Source of the DNA: Nannocystales bacterium
Lineage (GTDB): Bacteria; Myxococcota_A; Polyangia; Nannocystales; Nannocystaceae
Direction of reading: 5' to 3'
Assembly (NCBI GenBank): GCA_050633305.1
Contig: JBOEGF010000010.1
Coordinates: forward strand, 64,001-128,000
DNA length: 64,000 bases
Positions 47,730 to 56,052 of the stretch are shown here, one piece after another (position 1 is the first letter of the stretch; every line of letters starts with the position of its first letter). Under the pieces are notes generated by a model. It searched no databases and had not been told where the DNA came from. It worked only from the letters and a program-made list of their open reading frames with translations. Position numbers and translations under genes: made by a program.

Positions 47730-48242
47730 ATGCGAGGACACCGGAGTACCCCACGCACGTTGGCCGCCGTACTGGCAGCCGCAGTCGGATTCATCGCGAC
47801 GCCAGCGCTTGCGACAGCTCCTGTCGCCATGGCAGCGCAGCAAGAGACCAAGCAGGTCGCCAGTATCAAGGTCGAGATTCGCCAGGAGAGCGGCGAGGTC
47901 GTCAAAGGTTCGACTCAACTCGAGTGGAACGAAGATGGCACGCTCTCCATCGACCAAGACGGTACGGACCACAAGCTGGCTCTCCGGGTCGAGCGTGAGG
48001 GCAAGAGCAAGAAGCTGAGCATCACGGTGGCGTACAGCCGCGGCGGCGAGGACATCGTCGCGCCCTACGCCTTCGACGCGAAGGTGAAGAAGCGGGAGGT
48101 CGTGCGCATCGAGGGCAATCTGGCGATTGCGGTCACGGTCACCCCGACGAAGGTCGCGGCCGAAAAAGAAGACAAGGGCAAGGACAAGCCCAAGCTGGAT
48201 CTGTCCGGCGACGAGGATGACCCGCTCGCGGGCCTCGATTGA
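47730..48242 (+). CDS. Secreted hypothetical protein
   Basis: Signal peptide ending PALA; strong GC3 codon bias; acidic tail DDPLAGLD. Confidence 0.7.
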   Translation: MRGHRSTPRTLAAVLAAAVGFIATPALATAPVAMAAQQETKQVASIKVEIRQESGEVVKGSTQLEWNEDGTLSIDQDGTDHKLALRVEREGKSKKLSITVAYSRGGEDIVAPYAFDAKVKKREVVRIEGNLAIAVTVTPTKVAAEKEDKGKDKPKLDLSGDEDDPLAGLD

Positions 48243-48323
48243 AGCACGGTCGGAACCCCGCTCCGCCCGCGCAACGTTCGCGCGGCAGGTTGCGTTTGCG
48301 TAGCTGCGACTCATGTTGCGCTC

Positions 48324-48764
48324 ATGGGTCGCGCGAAGTCTGCTTTTGAGCGCGTCTGTCCGCAGTGTGGGCAGCGCAATGGGATCCCGGCCAACCACGT
48401 GGCCGATGTGGGGCGCTGTGGCGCCTGCAAAGCGGACCTCCCTGCCGCGTCCGCACCCATCGATGTCGCGCCGGCGGACTTCGACGCCCTGATCTCCGCA
48501 TCTCGGGTTCCGGTCCTCGTCGACTTCTGGGCGCCGTGGTGTGGGCCGTGTCGGATGGCAGCGCCGGCGGTCAAGCAGGCGGCATCAGCACTCGCGGGCA
48601 AGGCGATCGTGGTGAAGGTCAATACGCAGGACCATCCCGAACTGGCGCAGCGCTACCAAGTGCGCGGCATCCCGATGTTCGCCGCGTTCGAAGGCGGCAC
48701 GATGGCCCGCAAGCACATGGGGGCCGCGCCAGCGGGCGAACTGCAGCGGCTCGCGTTGGGGTAG
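48324..48764 (+). CDS. trxC: Thioredoxin 2 (zinc-finger thioredoxin)
   Basis: N-terminal CPQC...CGAC zinc finger and DFWAPWCGPC active site. Confidence 0.88.
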   Translation: MGRAKSAFERVCPQCGQRNGIPANHVADVGRCGACKADLPAASAPIDVAPADFDALISASRVPVLVDFWAPWCGPCRMAAPAVKQAASALAGKAIVVKVNTQDHPELAQRYQVRGIPMFAAFEGGTMARKHMGAAPAGELQRLALG

Positions 48765-48857
48765 CGGGCTTCTCGAGTACGCGCTCGAGCCATTCACCGT
48801 CGGCATGGGTTGGGGTCGGGTTCGCAACGGCCGTATGGCCTATCGACAGCGACGTTC

Positions 48858-50420
48858 GTGGCTGAGATCCTCGGTTCTCTGCCGCCGTCGATCGACCAAA
48901 GTGCCAGGGTTCCCGGTGATGAGCTGGTGGAGGTCTTGGCGTCCCTTTCTCTGGCGGCCGATTCGGCCAATGGGGTTCCAGAGGAGACGTCGCTGCGCAC
49001 CTGTCTGGTCGCGCACCACATCGCGGCCGCATTGGGGTTGTCCCCGGAGGTTCGCGGCGCGACGTGGTTTGCGGCGTTGTTGCGGTTTCTGGGCTGCACG
49101 GCGTTTGCCCACGAGGAGTACGTGGCGTTCGGCAACGACGACGTGTCCGTGCGGAGCCGATTCAGTGGGATCGACTATGAGCGGGTCCGAGACGTGCTGC
49201 CCGCTGCCTGGAACGCGTTGGGCGAGGGGAACTTCCGGGCAGCCCGGATGGGCCGCATGTTGGTTTCGGCCGGGCGGACACATCAAGCGTTGGCCACGTC
49301 CGCGTGTGCTGTGGGCGAACGTCTGGCGCATCGGCTGAAGCTGCCCGAGGAGAGTCGTCTCGCTTTGGCCCAGCTCCACGAGCGGTGGGATGGCCGCGGA
49401 GCACCGCAGGGGCTGCGGGAGACGGAGCTTGCGGAGGCCACCAGAATCCTTCACGCGGCGTGTGTCATCGAAGCGACACACCGAATGCAGGGGGCGGACG
49501 CGGCCCTGGAGGAGGTCTTCCGGCGGCGGCGTGGGCATCTCGACCCCGACGTCGTCGCTGCCGCGGAGAAGGCCTGGTCGTCCATCGCCGTGGCGCTGGG
49601 TCAGGCATCGGTCTGGGACCTCGCGCTGGGTTGTCGGCCCGCGGATACGCCCGCGCCGAGCTTGGCGGCGGTCTGTGAGGTGTTTGCGGACTTCGTCGAC
49701 CTCAAGCTTCCGCATGCGTTGGGGCACGGGCGCCGGGTGTCGTCACTCGCCTCTGGCGCGGCGAAGGTTCTCGGTCTTGGGGAAGACGTCGTGTCCCGTC
49801 TTGCGATTGCGGGTCTGGTGCACAATCTTGGCCACGTGGGCATCGGCAACCACGTCTGGGAAAGCCGAGTGCCGTGGACGTCCGCCCAGCGTCAGTTGGT
49901 GGAGCGGCATCCCCAGCACGGTGCACAAGCGTTGGGACGCGCCCAGTTGTTTGCAGACGTGCGGCCCTTGGTCGCCCTTCACCATGAGCGTTGCGACGGG
50001 TCGGGATACCCCAACGGCCTGACGCTCCGGGCGTTGCCGGTCGAGGTGCGGGTCCTCGCGGCTGCGGACGTGGCGGTCGCCCTGTCTCAACGTCGCCCTC
50101 ATCGGGGAGGGCTGGGCGAGTCGAAGGTCGCCGAGGTGCTGGAGGCGGAGGCGCTCGCGGGTCGACTCGACGGGCGAGCGGTGGCAGCGGTGCTGGAGGC
50201 GGCTGGTCTGGCCGCTCGCGGCCTCCCGGAGCTGCTCTCGGCACGGGAGGCTCAGGTCCTCGAGTTACTGACGCTCGGAGAGTCGAACAAAGCGATCGCG
50301 CAAGCGCTGGGCATCTCCGCAAAAACGGTCCAACACCACGTCCACAGCGTGTATCAGAAGGCTGGGGTCTCGAGCCGCGCGGCCGCGGCGTTGTGGGCGG
50401 TCGAGCGCGGATACTTCTGA
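48858..50420 (+). CDS. Tandem HD-GYP domain protein with C-terminal LuxR HTH
   Basis: HERWDGRG.P, HHERCDGSGYP, LSAREAQVL...NKAIAQALGISAKTV.HH; start approximate. Confidence 0.88.
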   Translation: MAEILGSLPPSIDQSARVPGDELVEVLASLSLAADSANGVPEETSLRTCLVAHHIAAALGLSPEVRGATWFAALLRFLGCTAFAHEEYVAFGNDDVSVRSRFSGIDYERVRDVLPAAWNALGEGNFRAARMGRMLVSAGRTHQALATSACAVGERLAHRLKLPEESRLALAQLHERWDGRGAPQGLRETELAEATRILHAACVIEATHRMQGADAALEEVFRRRRGHLDPDVVAAAEKAWSSIAVALGQASVWDLALGCRPADTPAPSLAAVCEVFADFVDLKLPHALGHGRRVSSLASGAAKVLGLGEDVVSRLAIAGLVHNLGHVGIGNHVWESRVPWTSAQRQLVERHPQHGAQALGRAQLFADVRPLVALHHERCDGSGYPNGLTLRALPVEVRVLAAADVAVALSQRRPHRGGLGESKVAEVLEAEALAGRLDGRAVAAVLEAAGLAARGLPELLSAREAQVLELLTLGESNKAIAQALGISAKTVQHHVHSVYQKAGVSSRAAAALWAVERGYF

Positions 50421-50427
50421 ACCCTCG

Positions 50428-50445
50428 ATAGGCCATTTGCCCGAT
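50428..50445 (+). promoter_or_regulatory. Palindromic operator ATAGGCCATTTGCCCGAT (ATnGGnCA-N2-TGnCCnAT) upstream of a -10-like TAGGGT
   Basis: 12 of 18 positions symmetric; lies between the LuxR regulator stop and the DUF4331 operon. Confidence 0.55.
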
Positions 50446-50482
50446 GCCCACGGCGCGGCTGGCCTCCTAGGGTGCGCGCACG

Positions 50483-51262
50483 ATGTTCGCCCCGAACTCC
50501 ATCTCGCGAAAGACGCGCTGGGCTGCGCTGGCCGCTGTCGCCGCACTTCCGTTTGTCCCGCCGGCGCTCGCGAGTGATCACAACGAGCCTGCGCCCGAAG
50601 CGGTCTGGCCTTCGGACGCCGCGATCGATGCCGAGTGGGACCTGAGCGATCTGTACGCTTGGTACGACGCGGACACCGACAACCTCAACGTGATCCTACC
50701 GTGGCATCCCAACCAGCTTCCGCTGGGACCCGGGGAGGGCGCTGAGTATTCGGACCAGGTGCTGTACGCCGTCGAGTTTGAGGACAGCGACTTCTTCAGC
50801 ACCAATGAGCGGGAGACGATCTCGTTCCAATACGGGCTCAACGACGCGGGCGAATGGGGGATCTTGCTGGAGGGTCTTCCCGGCCATGAGCGGTTGGTGT
50901 TCGATTGCAGGGTCGCCGAAGGCGCGGTCGAGTATCACTTTGATGCGGAGACGGGCTCGGCCCGGACCGAGGCCGGTGCGGGTGTGTTCTCGGTCGGACT
51001 GGGTGTGTACGACGACCCCTTCGTGTTCGACATCGACGGCTACAACGCTTCGCTGAGTCGAGCCCTCAACGATGAGGTCGGGCTGAAGTTCGATCCGCAG
51101 AACGACACGTTTGAGGGCCTCAACGTCACTGCGGTGGTGCTCTCCATTCCGGTGTCCGCGATCTCGGAGCACTGGGAGGGGTTCGATGTGGAGGATGGGT
51201 TCAAGCTCTGGGCCACCGCGACGGTCACCGACGACTACGGCTCACCCTACGGAGGTGAGTGA
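50483..51262 (+). CDS. DUF4331 family exported protein
   Basis: Signal peptide then ASDHNEP...DLSDLYAW, G..DDPF.FD, DTF.GLNVTAVVLSIP. Confidence 0.78.
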   Translation: MFAPNSISRKTRWAALAAVAALPFVPPALASDHNEPAPEAVWPSDAAIDAEWDLSDLYAWYDADTDNLNVILPWHPNQLPLGPGEGAEYSDQVLYAVEFEDSDFFSTNERETISFQYGLNDAGEWGILLEGLPGHERLVFDCRVAEGAVEYHFDAETGSARTEAGAGVFSVGLGVYDDPFVFDIDGYNASLSRALNDEVGLKFDPQNDTFEGLNVTAVVLSIPVSAISEHWEGFDVEDGFKLWATATVTDDYGSPYGGE

Positions 51263-52092
51263 TGCGACGGACACTTCAGACGATCTTGGTAGTGCTCGCG
51301 TGGACGAGTGGGTGCGGGGAGCCTTCTTCCGACGCCGAATCCCTCGCCGGGGAGGGGGGCGGAAAGCAGGACGGTACCGACGCTGAAGGGGCGTACGTCT
51401 TTGTGGCGAAGGAGCGGTTCACGCTTCGCAAGGACCACGCGGGAGCGCCGCTGCTCGCGACGATCTGGGGACGAATCGACGAGTACAACGAGGATGCTCC
51501 GTACATCGACCGTCACGCGTACAACGATGCGGACGATGCGAGTGGCCTGCCATGGCTCGGCCATGTGGTGGTCCAGTACAAGATGCTCTGGAACGCATGG
51601 GCGCCGTCGCTGGAGGCGATGGGCTTGGATACGTGCGATGAGTTCGGCCTGACCGACGACGAGATCTTCACGCCCGATGGCATCGACTGGGAGGCGTTCG
51701 AGCCGGAGCAGTGTTTTGCACAGCGGGTGTTGTGGCAGGATCCTGAGGAGCAGGAGCGCGAGTTCTACCGTCGCGTGATTGCGATCTCGGTCCCCGACTA
51801 TCTCACGGTCGACATCACGCGGGGCGCAGGGTTCCCCAACGGCAGGGTTCTGCACGAGCAGATCAACTCGATGATGTTCGCGATGGCCTTCCTCGACCAC
51901 GGAGGTCGCTGCACGACGGCGACGACCGGTGATGGGGCCGGCCAGCCCACGCAAGAGTGCGACCTGTACACGTTGTGGAACCGCGACGACTTCCTCAAGC
52001 CGTACAACGAAGCTCCACTGGCGGGGGCGACCGAACTCGGAGAGCCGGCGAAGGCGTTTCCGTTCATGCCCAAGGCGCATCGGGTCCCGTGA
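51262..52092 (+). CDS. Lipoprotein resembling the C-terminal part of DUF4331
   Basis: GGAGGT RBS with TGATG coupling; lipobox TSGC; PDYLTVD....GFPNGR.L and FPFM motifs. Confidence 0.7.
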   Translation: MRRTLQTILVVLAWTSGCGEPSSDAESLAGEGGGKQDGTDAEGAYVFVAKERFTLRKDHAGAPLLATIWGRIDEYNEDAPYIDRHAYNDADDASGLPWLGHVVVQYKMLWNAWAPSLEAMGLDTCDEFGLTDDEIFTPDGIDWEAFEPEQCFAQRVLWQDPEEQEREFYRRVIAISVPDYLTVDITRGAGFPNGRVLHEQINSMMFAMAFLDHGGRCTTATTGDGAGQPTQECDLYTLWNRDDFLKPYNEAPLAGATELGEPAKAFPFMPKAHRVP

Positions 52093-53387
52093 TGCGATGG
52101 CCAGTGCTGCTCTGTGCAGCCGCTGCGCTGAGCTGTGGCGCCCCGGCAACACAAGAAGCCTCCACGAACATCGTCGCGGAGTCGTCGAGTCCTTTGCCAC
52201 CGGCCGAGTCGGCCCACAGCATTGCCGTTCTCCGCCTTCGCCGTGACGCGGAGCGGGCGGGCGTGGTGGCCGAGAAAAATGGACGCTCTGCCATCTCCTT
52301 CTCCCGGGCGGCATCGGCTCACATGGCGCTGGCGAGGCTGACCGCGGAGCCCGAGCACTGGGTCGAGGCGACGCGGCTCCTGGAGCGGGCGGTCGAGTTG
52401 GCACCGGACGACCCTCCGCGCCTGGTCATGGCGCAGCTGCACGCGGCGTTGCACCGCCCGCGGATGGCGATGGCCGAACTCGAGGCGCACGCAGCAAGAA
52501 ATCATCCCGGGGAGACTCCGCGCCGAATCGCGTACCGGCGCGCGCTCCAGGCCCAACTTGCGCACGAGCTGGGAGACTACTCCGCAGCGCAGGAGCACCT
52601 CGAGGCCTCGCTCTCGACCGCGGAGACGGCGACGGGGCTCGCGACCCTGGCTCGGGATCGGTGGTTGCGTGCGGATTACGCGGGCGCGCTCGAGGCCTAC
52701 GAGCGCACGGAGGCTGCGTACGGCCCGCGGAACCTCGAGTCACGAGCCTGGGTGAGACTGCAGGTTGGACTCATCGCACTGGACCGGGGTCGGCTGGACG
52801 AGGCGGAGGCGGCCTACCGGGCCGCCGACGCGCTCTATCCAGGCTACTGGCTGATCGAGGAGCACCTCGCCGAGATTCTTGTCCTGCGTGGGCAGCTGGG
52901 GAAGGCGCGCGCGCAGTACGTGTCGGTCGTCGAACGTGCGCCCACGCCCGAGCTGTTCGGGGCGCTGGAGGAGGTCTGCGAGGCGCTTGGAGACCACGGC
53001 TGCAGAGCAGATGCGGCTGTTCGAGGGGCCGCCGCGACGGCTCGTTGGCGACGCCTCCTGCCGGAGATGGCGGACGGCCACGAAGTCCGCCGAAGTATCG
53101 AGCAGGGCAACGCGCAGGCCCGGACGTTCGCGCTGAGCAACGCTGCTGCCCGCCCCAATGCGGAGGCTTGGATGCTGGTGGCCCAAGCCGAGTTGTCCAG
53201 GCGGGACCCCCTCGCTGCGGTCACCGCATTGAGGCGCGCCCTCGAGACGCCGGTTCGGTCGGCCGAACTCCACGAGACGGCGGCCGCCGTGTACGGGGCT
53301 GCTGGAGATGTTGGACGCGCGGCGGACCATCGACGCGCCGCCGCTCTCCTCGACCCGACCCGACGGACCCGGATTGAGTTCTACTAG
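52092..53387 (+). CDS. TPR lipoprotein of the DUF4331 operon
   Basis: TGATG coupling; lipobox ALSC; RAWV.LQ.G......GRLDEA...Y..A....PGYW...EHLAE. Confidence 0.8.
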   Translation: MRWPVLLCAAAALSCGAPATQEASTNIVAESSSPLPPAESAHSIAVLRLRRDAERAGVVAEKNGRSAISFSRAASAHMALARLTAEPEHWVEATRLLERAVELAPDDPPRLVMAQLHAALHRPRMAMAELEAHAARNHPGETPRRIAYRRALQAQLAHELGDYSAAQEHLEASLSTAETATGLATLARDRWLRADYAGALEAYERTEAAYGPRNLESRAWVRLQVGLIALDRGRLDEAEAAYRAADALYPGYWLIEEHLAEILVLRGQLGKARAQYVSVVERAPTPELFGALEEVCEALGDHGCRADAAVRGAAATARWRRLLPEMADGHEVRRSIEQGNAQARTFALSNAAARPNAEAWMLVAQAELSRRDPLAAVTALRRALETPVRSAELHETAAAVYGAAGDVGRAADHRRAAALLDPTRRTRIEFY

Positions 53388-53980
53388 GGGGCGTAGGTCA
53401 CAGCGAGCTCGGCGAGGCGGTAGCTGTTGATGCCGTGGTTGTGCAGGTGAAAGTGCACGGGCGTTCCCTGGGGGGCGTCGAGCGTCGAGACCCACTGCGC
53501 GTCGAGGAAGTTGGCTTCGGCGGGGATGTCGATCCGCGCTTCGTAGACGATGTCTTCGCCGAACGCGACGCCGACGTGGGCTTGGGCCCCAGGCTCGCCG
53601 GACGCGAGATTCTCGTGGAGCAAGAGGAAGTCGATCGTATCCCCGACGCGGATCGGAGCGAGCGCGGGTTGCGAAAACGCGCCATGCCGACAGAGGTCAC
53701 TCTCGAACTCGAAGAAGCCGTCCTCCAGGCCGAAACCGAACTCGCATGCGACGTCGGAGGGTCGGTCGCCGAAAGGGTCGTTGGCCGCCGAAGTCTTCTC
53801 GAACGCCCCCAGATCGATGAGGGAGGCGGTTCCTTCGAGGTCGAGTGCCGTGCCGGAGGCGTCGGACGTCTCCTGTGCTGCGCCGCTGCTCGATGAGGAT
53901 CCCGAAGCCGTAGGCGGGTTTTCGTCGCAACCCGAAACGAGCAGCCACGTATAGGCTGCCAAAACGGTTCGGATCCGCAT
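53384..53980 (-). CDS. Small lipoprotein with His-rich motif (putative metal binding)
   Basis: ATG 53980; lipobox VSGC; LLHENL...HFHLHNHGINSY. Confidence 0.7.
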   Translation of the reverse strand: MRIRTVLAAYTWLLVSGCDENPPTASGSSSSSGAAQETSDASGTALDLEGTASLIDLGAFEKTSAANDPFGDRPSDVACEFGFGLEDGFFEFESDLCRHGAFSQPALAPIRVGDTIDFLLLHENLASGEPGAQAHVGVAFGEDIVYEARIDIPAEANFLDAQWVSTLDAPQGTPVHFHLHNHGINSYRLAELAVTYAP

Positions 53981-54058
53981 CGCCCCGGATTGTGGCACAG
54001 CACGGTGCGTGCCGCTCGAATGCAGTACAGTTCGCCGAGCGGCTTGGGGGAACTGAAG

Positions 54059-55537
54059 ATGCGAAAAACGTACAGGATTGAACGAACGGGCTTGGTCTTC
54101 GTCGCAGCGCTTTCGATGGGCGTTGCGGGCTGTGGTGACGATGCCGAGCCGGCCGCCGAGGGAGCGGAGACAACGGCTGCTTCGACCACGACCGACGGCG
54201 GATCCTCGGGCGACATCGCAACGACGGAGCCCGAGGACACGAGCGGAAGTACGGGCGAGGTGGTCGATGAAGATGCTCCGACTTGGTACGCCGACGTCGC
54301 GCCTGTGATCTCCGAGCATTGCACTGGTTGTCACACCGACGGAGGTGTCGCGCCGTACTCCTTCACGGACTATGAGAGCACCGCACCGTTGGCGAACGCG
54401 CTCGCGCTGGCCGTCGAGTCCGGAAGCATGCCGCCATGGGGCGCCGCGATCACCGATGAGTGCACCCCGCCGTACGGCTTCAAGGACGACATCACGCTCA
54501 GCACCGAGGAGGTCGAGATGATTCGGGCGTGGTCGGACGGCGGGGCACCCGAGGGAGACCCCGAACTCGCGGCAGAGCTTCCTCCACCGCCCGACACCCA
54601 GCTCGAGCCGGTCGACACCGTGCTGCAGGTGACGCAGGGCGTGACGATCGACGGCACGAGGGATCGCTTCCTGTGTTTCACCCTCGACCCGGGCGTCGAT
54701 GCAGACCGGTACTTCAACGGCATGCAGATCGTTCCCGGCAACGACAAGGTCGTTCACCACGTGCTCGTCTACCTGGACGAGAGCGGGGAGTCCGAGGAGC
54801 TTGCAGGCGAGGACGGCTACTACGAGTGCAGTGGCGGAGCCATCGACGGAACGTTGCTCGGTGCCTGGGCGCCGGGAACCGTCCCGATGCGCACCCCAGA
54901 GGACGTCGGCATGCGCGTGACCGCCGGCTCTCGCATCGTTCTCAACGTCCACTATCACCCCACCGGATTGGGGCCTGAGGTCGACGAAGACACTCGCGTC
55001 GAGCTCGATTGGATGGACGAGCAGCCCACGTGGCGCGGTGAGATGAGCCTCGTTGGGAACTCCAACAACCCCAACGAGTTGATGCCCAACGATGGAGACC
55101 GCGGGGACACTCCCGAGTTCCGCATTCCCGCTGGTGCACAAGGGCACCTCGAAGAAATGGTCTTCGAGATTCCCGATGGGCTGCCCCAGCTTCGGGTCTG
55201 GTCCGTCGGGTCGCACATGCACTACGTCGGCACCGACATGCAGATCCGGTTCCAGGGCGACGACTACGACGACTGCATGCTGCAGACGCCGAACTACAGC
55301 TTCGAGTGGCAGCGGCTGTACAGCTACGACGCCGAGTTCGACCAGATGCCGGTGGCTCGCAGCGGTGACAGGATCTACTTGCGCTGCGAGTACGACAACT
55401 CGATGAACAACCCATACGTGGTCGAAGCGCTCGAGGACCAAGGGCTCGACGCGCCGATCGATGTGGTGCTCGGGGACGAGACGCTCGACGAGATGTGCCT
55501 CGGCGTGTTCGGCATCGCCGTCCCATCCGTGCTCTAG
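54059..55537 (+). CDS. Lipoprotein: c-type cytochrome domain fused to type II copper (PHM/DBH-like) monooxygenase
   Basis: Lipobox VAGC; CTGCH...MPPW; CuH ligands VHH and HYH; CuM ligands HMH and DEMC. Confidence 0.88.
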   Translation: MRKTYRIERTGLVFVAALSMGVAGCGDDAEPAAEGAETTAASTTTDGGSSGDIATTEPEDTSGSTGEVVDEDAPTWYADVAPVISEHCTGCHTDGGVAPYSFTDYESTAPLANALALAVESGSMPPWGAAITDECTPPYGFKDDITLSTEEVEMIRAWSDGGAPEGDPELAAELPPPPDTQLEPVDTVLQVTQGVTIDGTRDRFLCFTLDPGVDADRYFNGMQIVPGNDKVVHHVLVYLDESGESEELAGEDGYYECSGGAIDGTLLGAWAPGTVPMRTPEDVGMRVTAGSRIVLNVHYHPTGLGPEVDEDTRVELDWMDEQPTWRGEMSLVGNSNNPNELMPNDGDRGDTPEFRIPAGAQGHLEEMVFEIPDGLPQLRVWSVGSHMHYVGTDMQIRFQGDDYDDCMLQTPNYSFEWQRLYSYDAEFDQMPVARSGDRIYLRCEYDNSMNNPYVVEALEDQGLDAPIDVVLGDETLDEMCLGVFGIAVPSVL

Positions 55538-55659
55538 GGACCGACGCCTCTGGGCTCATCATCCCTCGGGGACGTCGCGTTCGAGCGATGACCTCGGGGG
55601 TTCGTTGCAATGGGGCTGCGGCGTTGTCGCCGAGGTGGGTGGGGTACTCTCCGCCTGAT

Positions 55660-56052
55660 ATGTACGGTCGTCGTTGGGTGATCCGAGGTTTGGCAACGAG
55701 CGGGGTGCTGATGGGGTTCCCGCGGCTCGCCCGGGCGAACGTTCAGGCGAAGCTACTGGTCCGGCCCATCGATGTTGAACGCGGAGAGGACGGACGCGGT
55801 CGCCTGCTCAAGGCCGCGGCTCCCCACGCGCTCGTTCTCGAGTCAGACGCGGGGTGGCTGGTCCGGGCGGTGGACCCCGTGCTTCACATCGGGGACCTGC
55901 AGTTTTACGACTACGAGCACACCGGGCGGCGGACGCTTCGGTTTATCGTGGACAAAGTCTCTCGGCTGACCCCCGGAGAAGCCGTCTACGTACAGTATGG
56001 CGAAGACGAGCGCTCCCGTATCCGCCTCGTGGAGCTGAAGAAGACGTGGTGA
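55660..56052 (+). CDS. Small putative Tat-exported hypothetical protein
   Basis: MYGRRWVIRGL...ARA signal; GTGA overlap with the next gene. Confidence 0.65.
   Translation: MYGRRWVIRGLATSGVLMGFPRLARANVQAKLLVRPIDVERGEDGRGRLLKAAAPHALVLESDAGWLVRAVDPVLHIGDLQFYDYEHTGRRTLRFIVDKVSRLTPGEAVYVQYGEDERSRIRLVELKKTW

Noticed and set aside
53993..54008. TGGCAC...TGC sigma-54-like site before the copper monooxygenase
   Set aside because: GG-to-GC spacing is one base longer than the strict -24/-12 consensus
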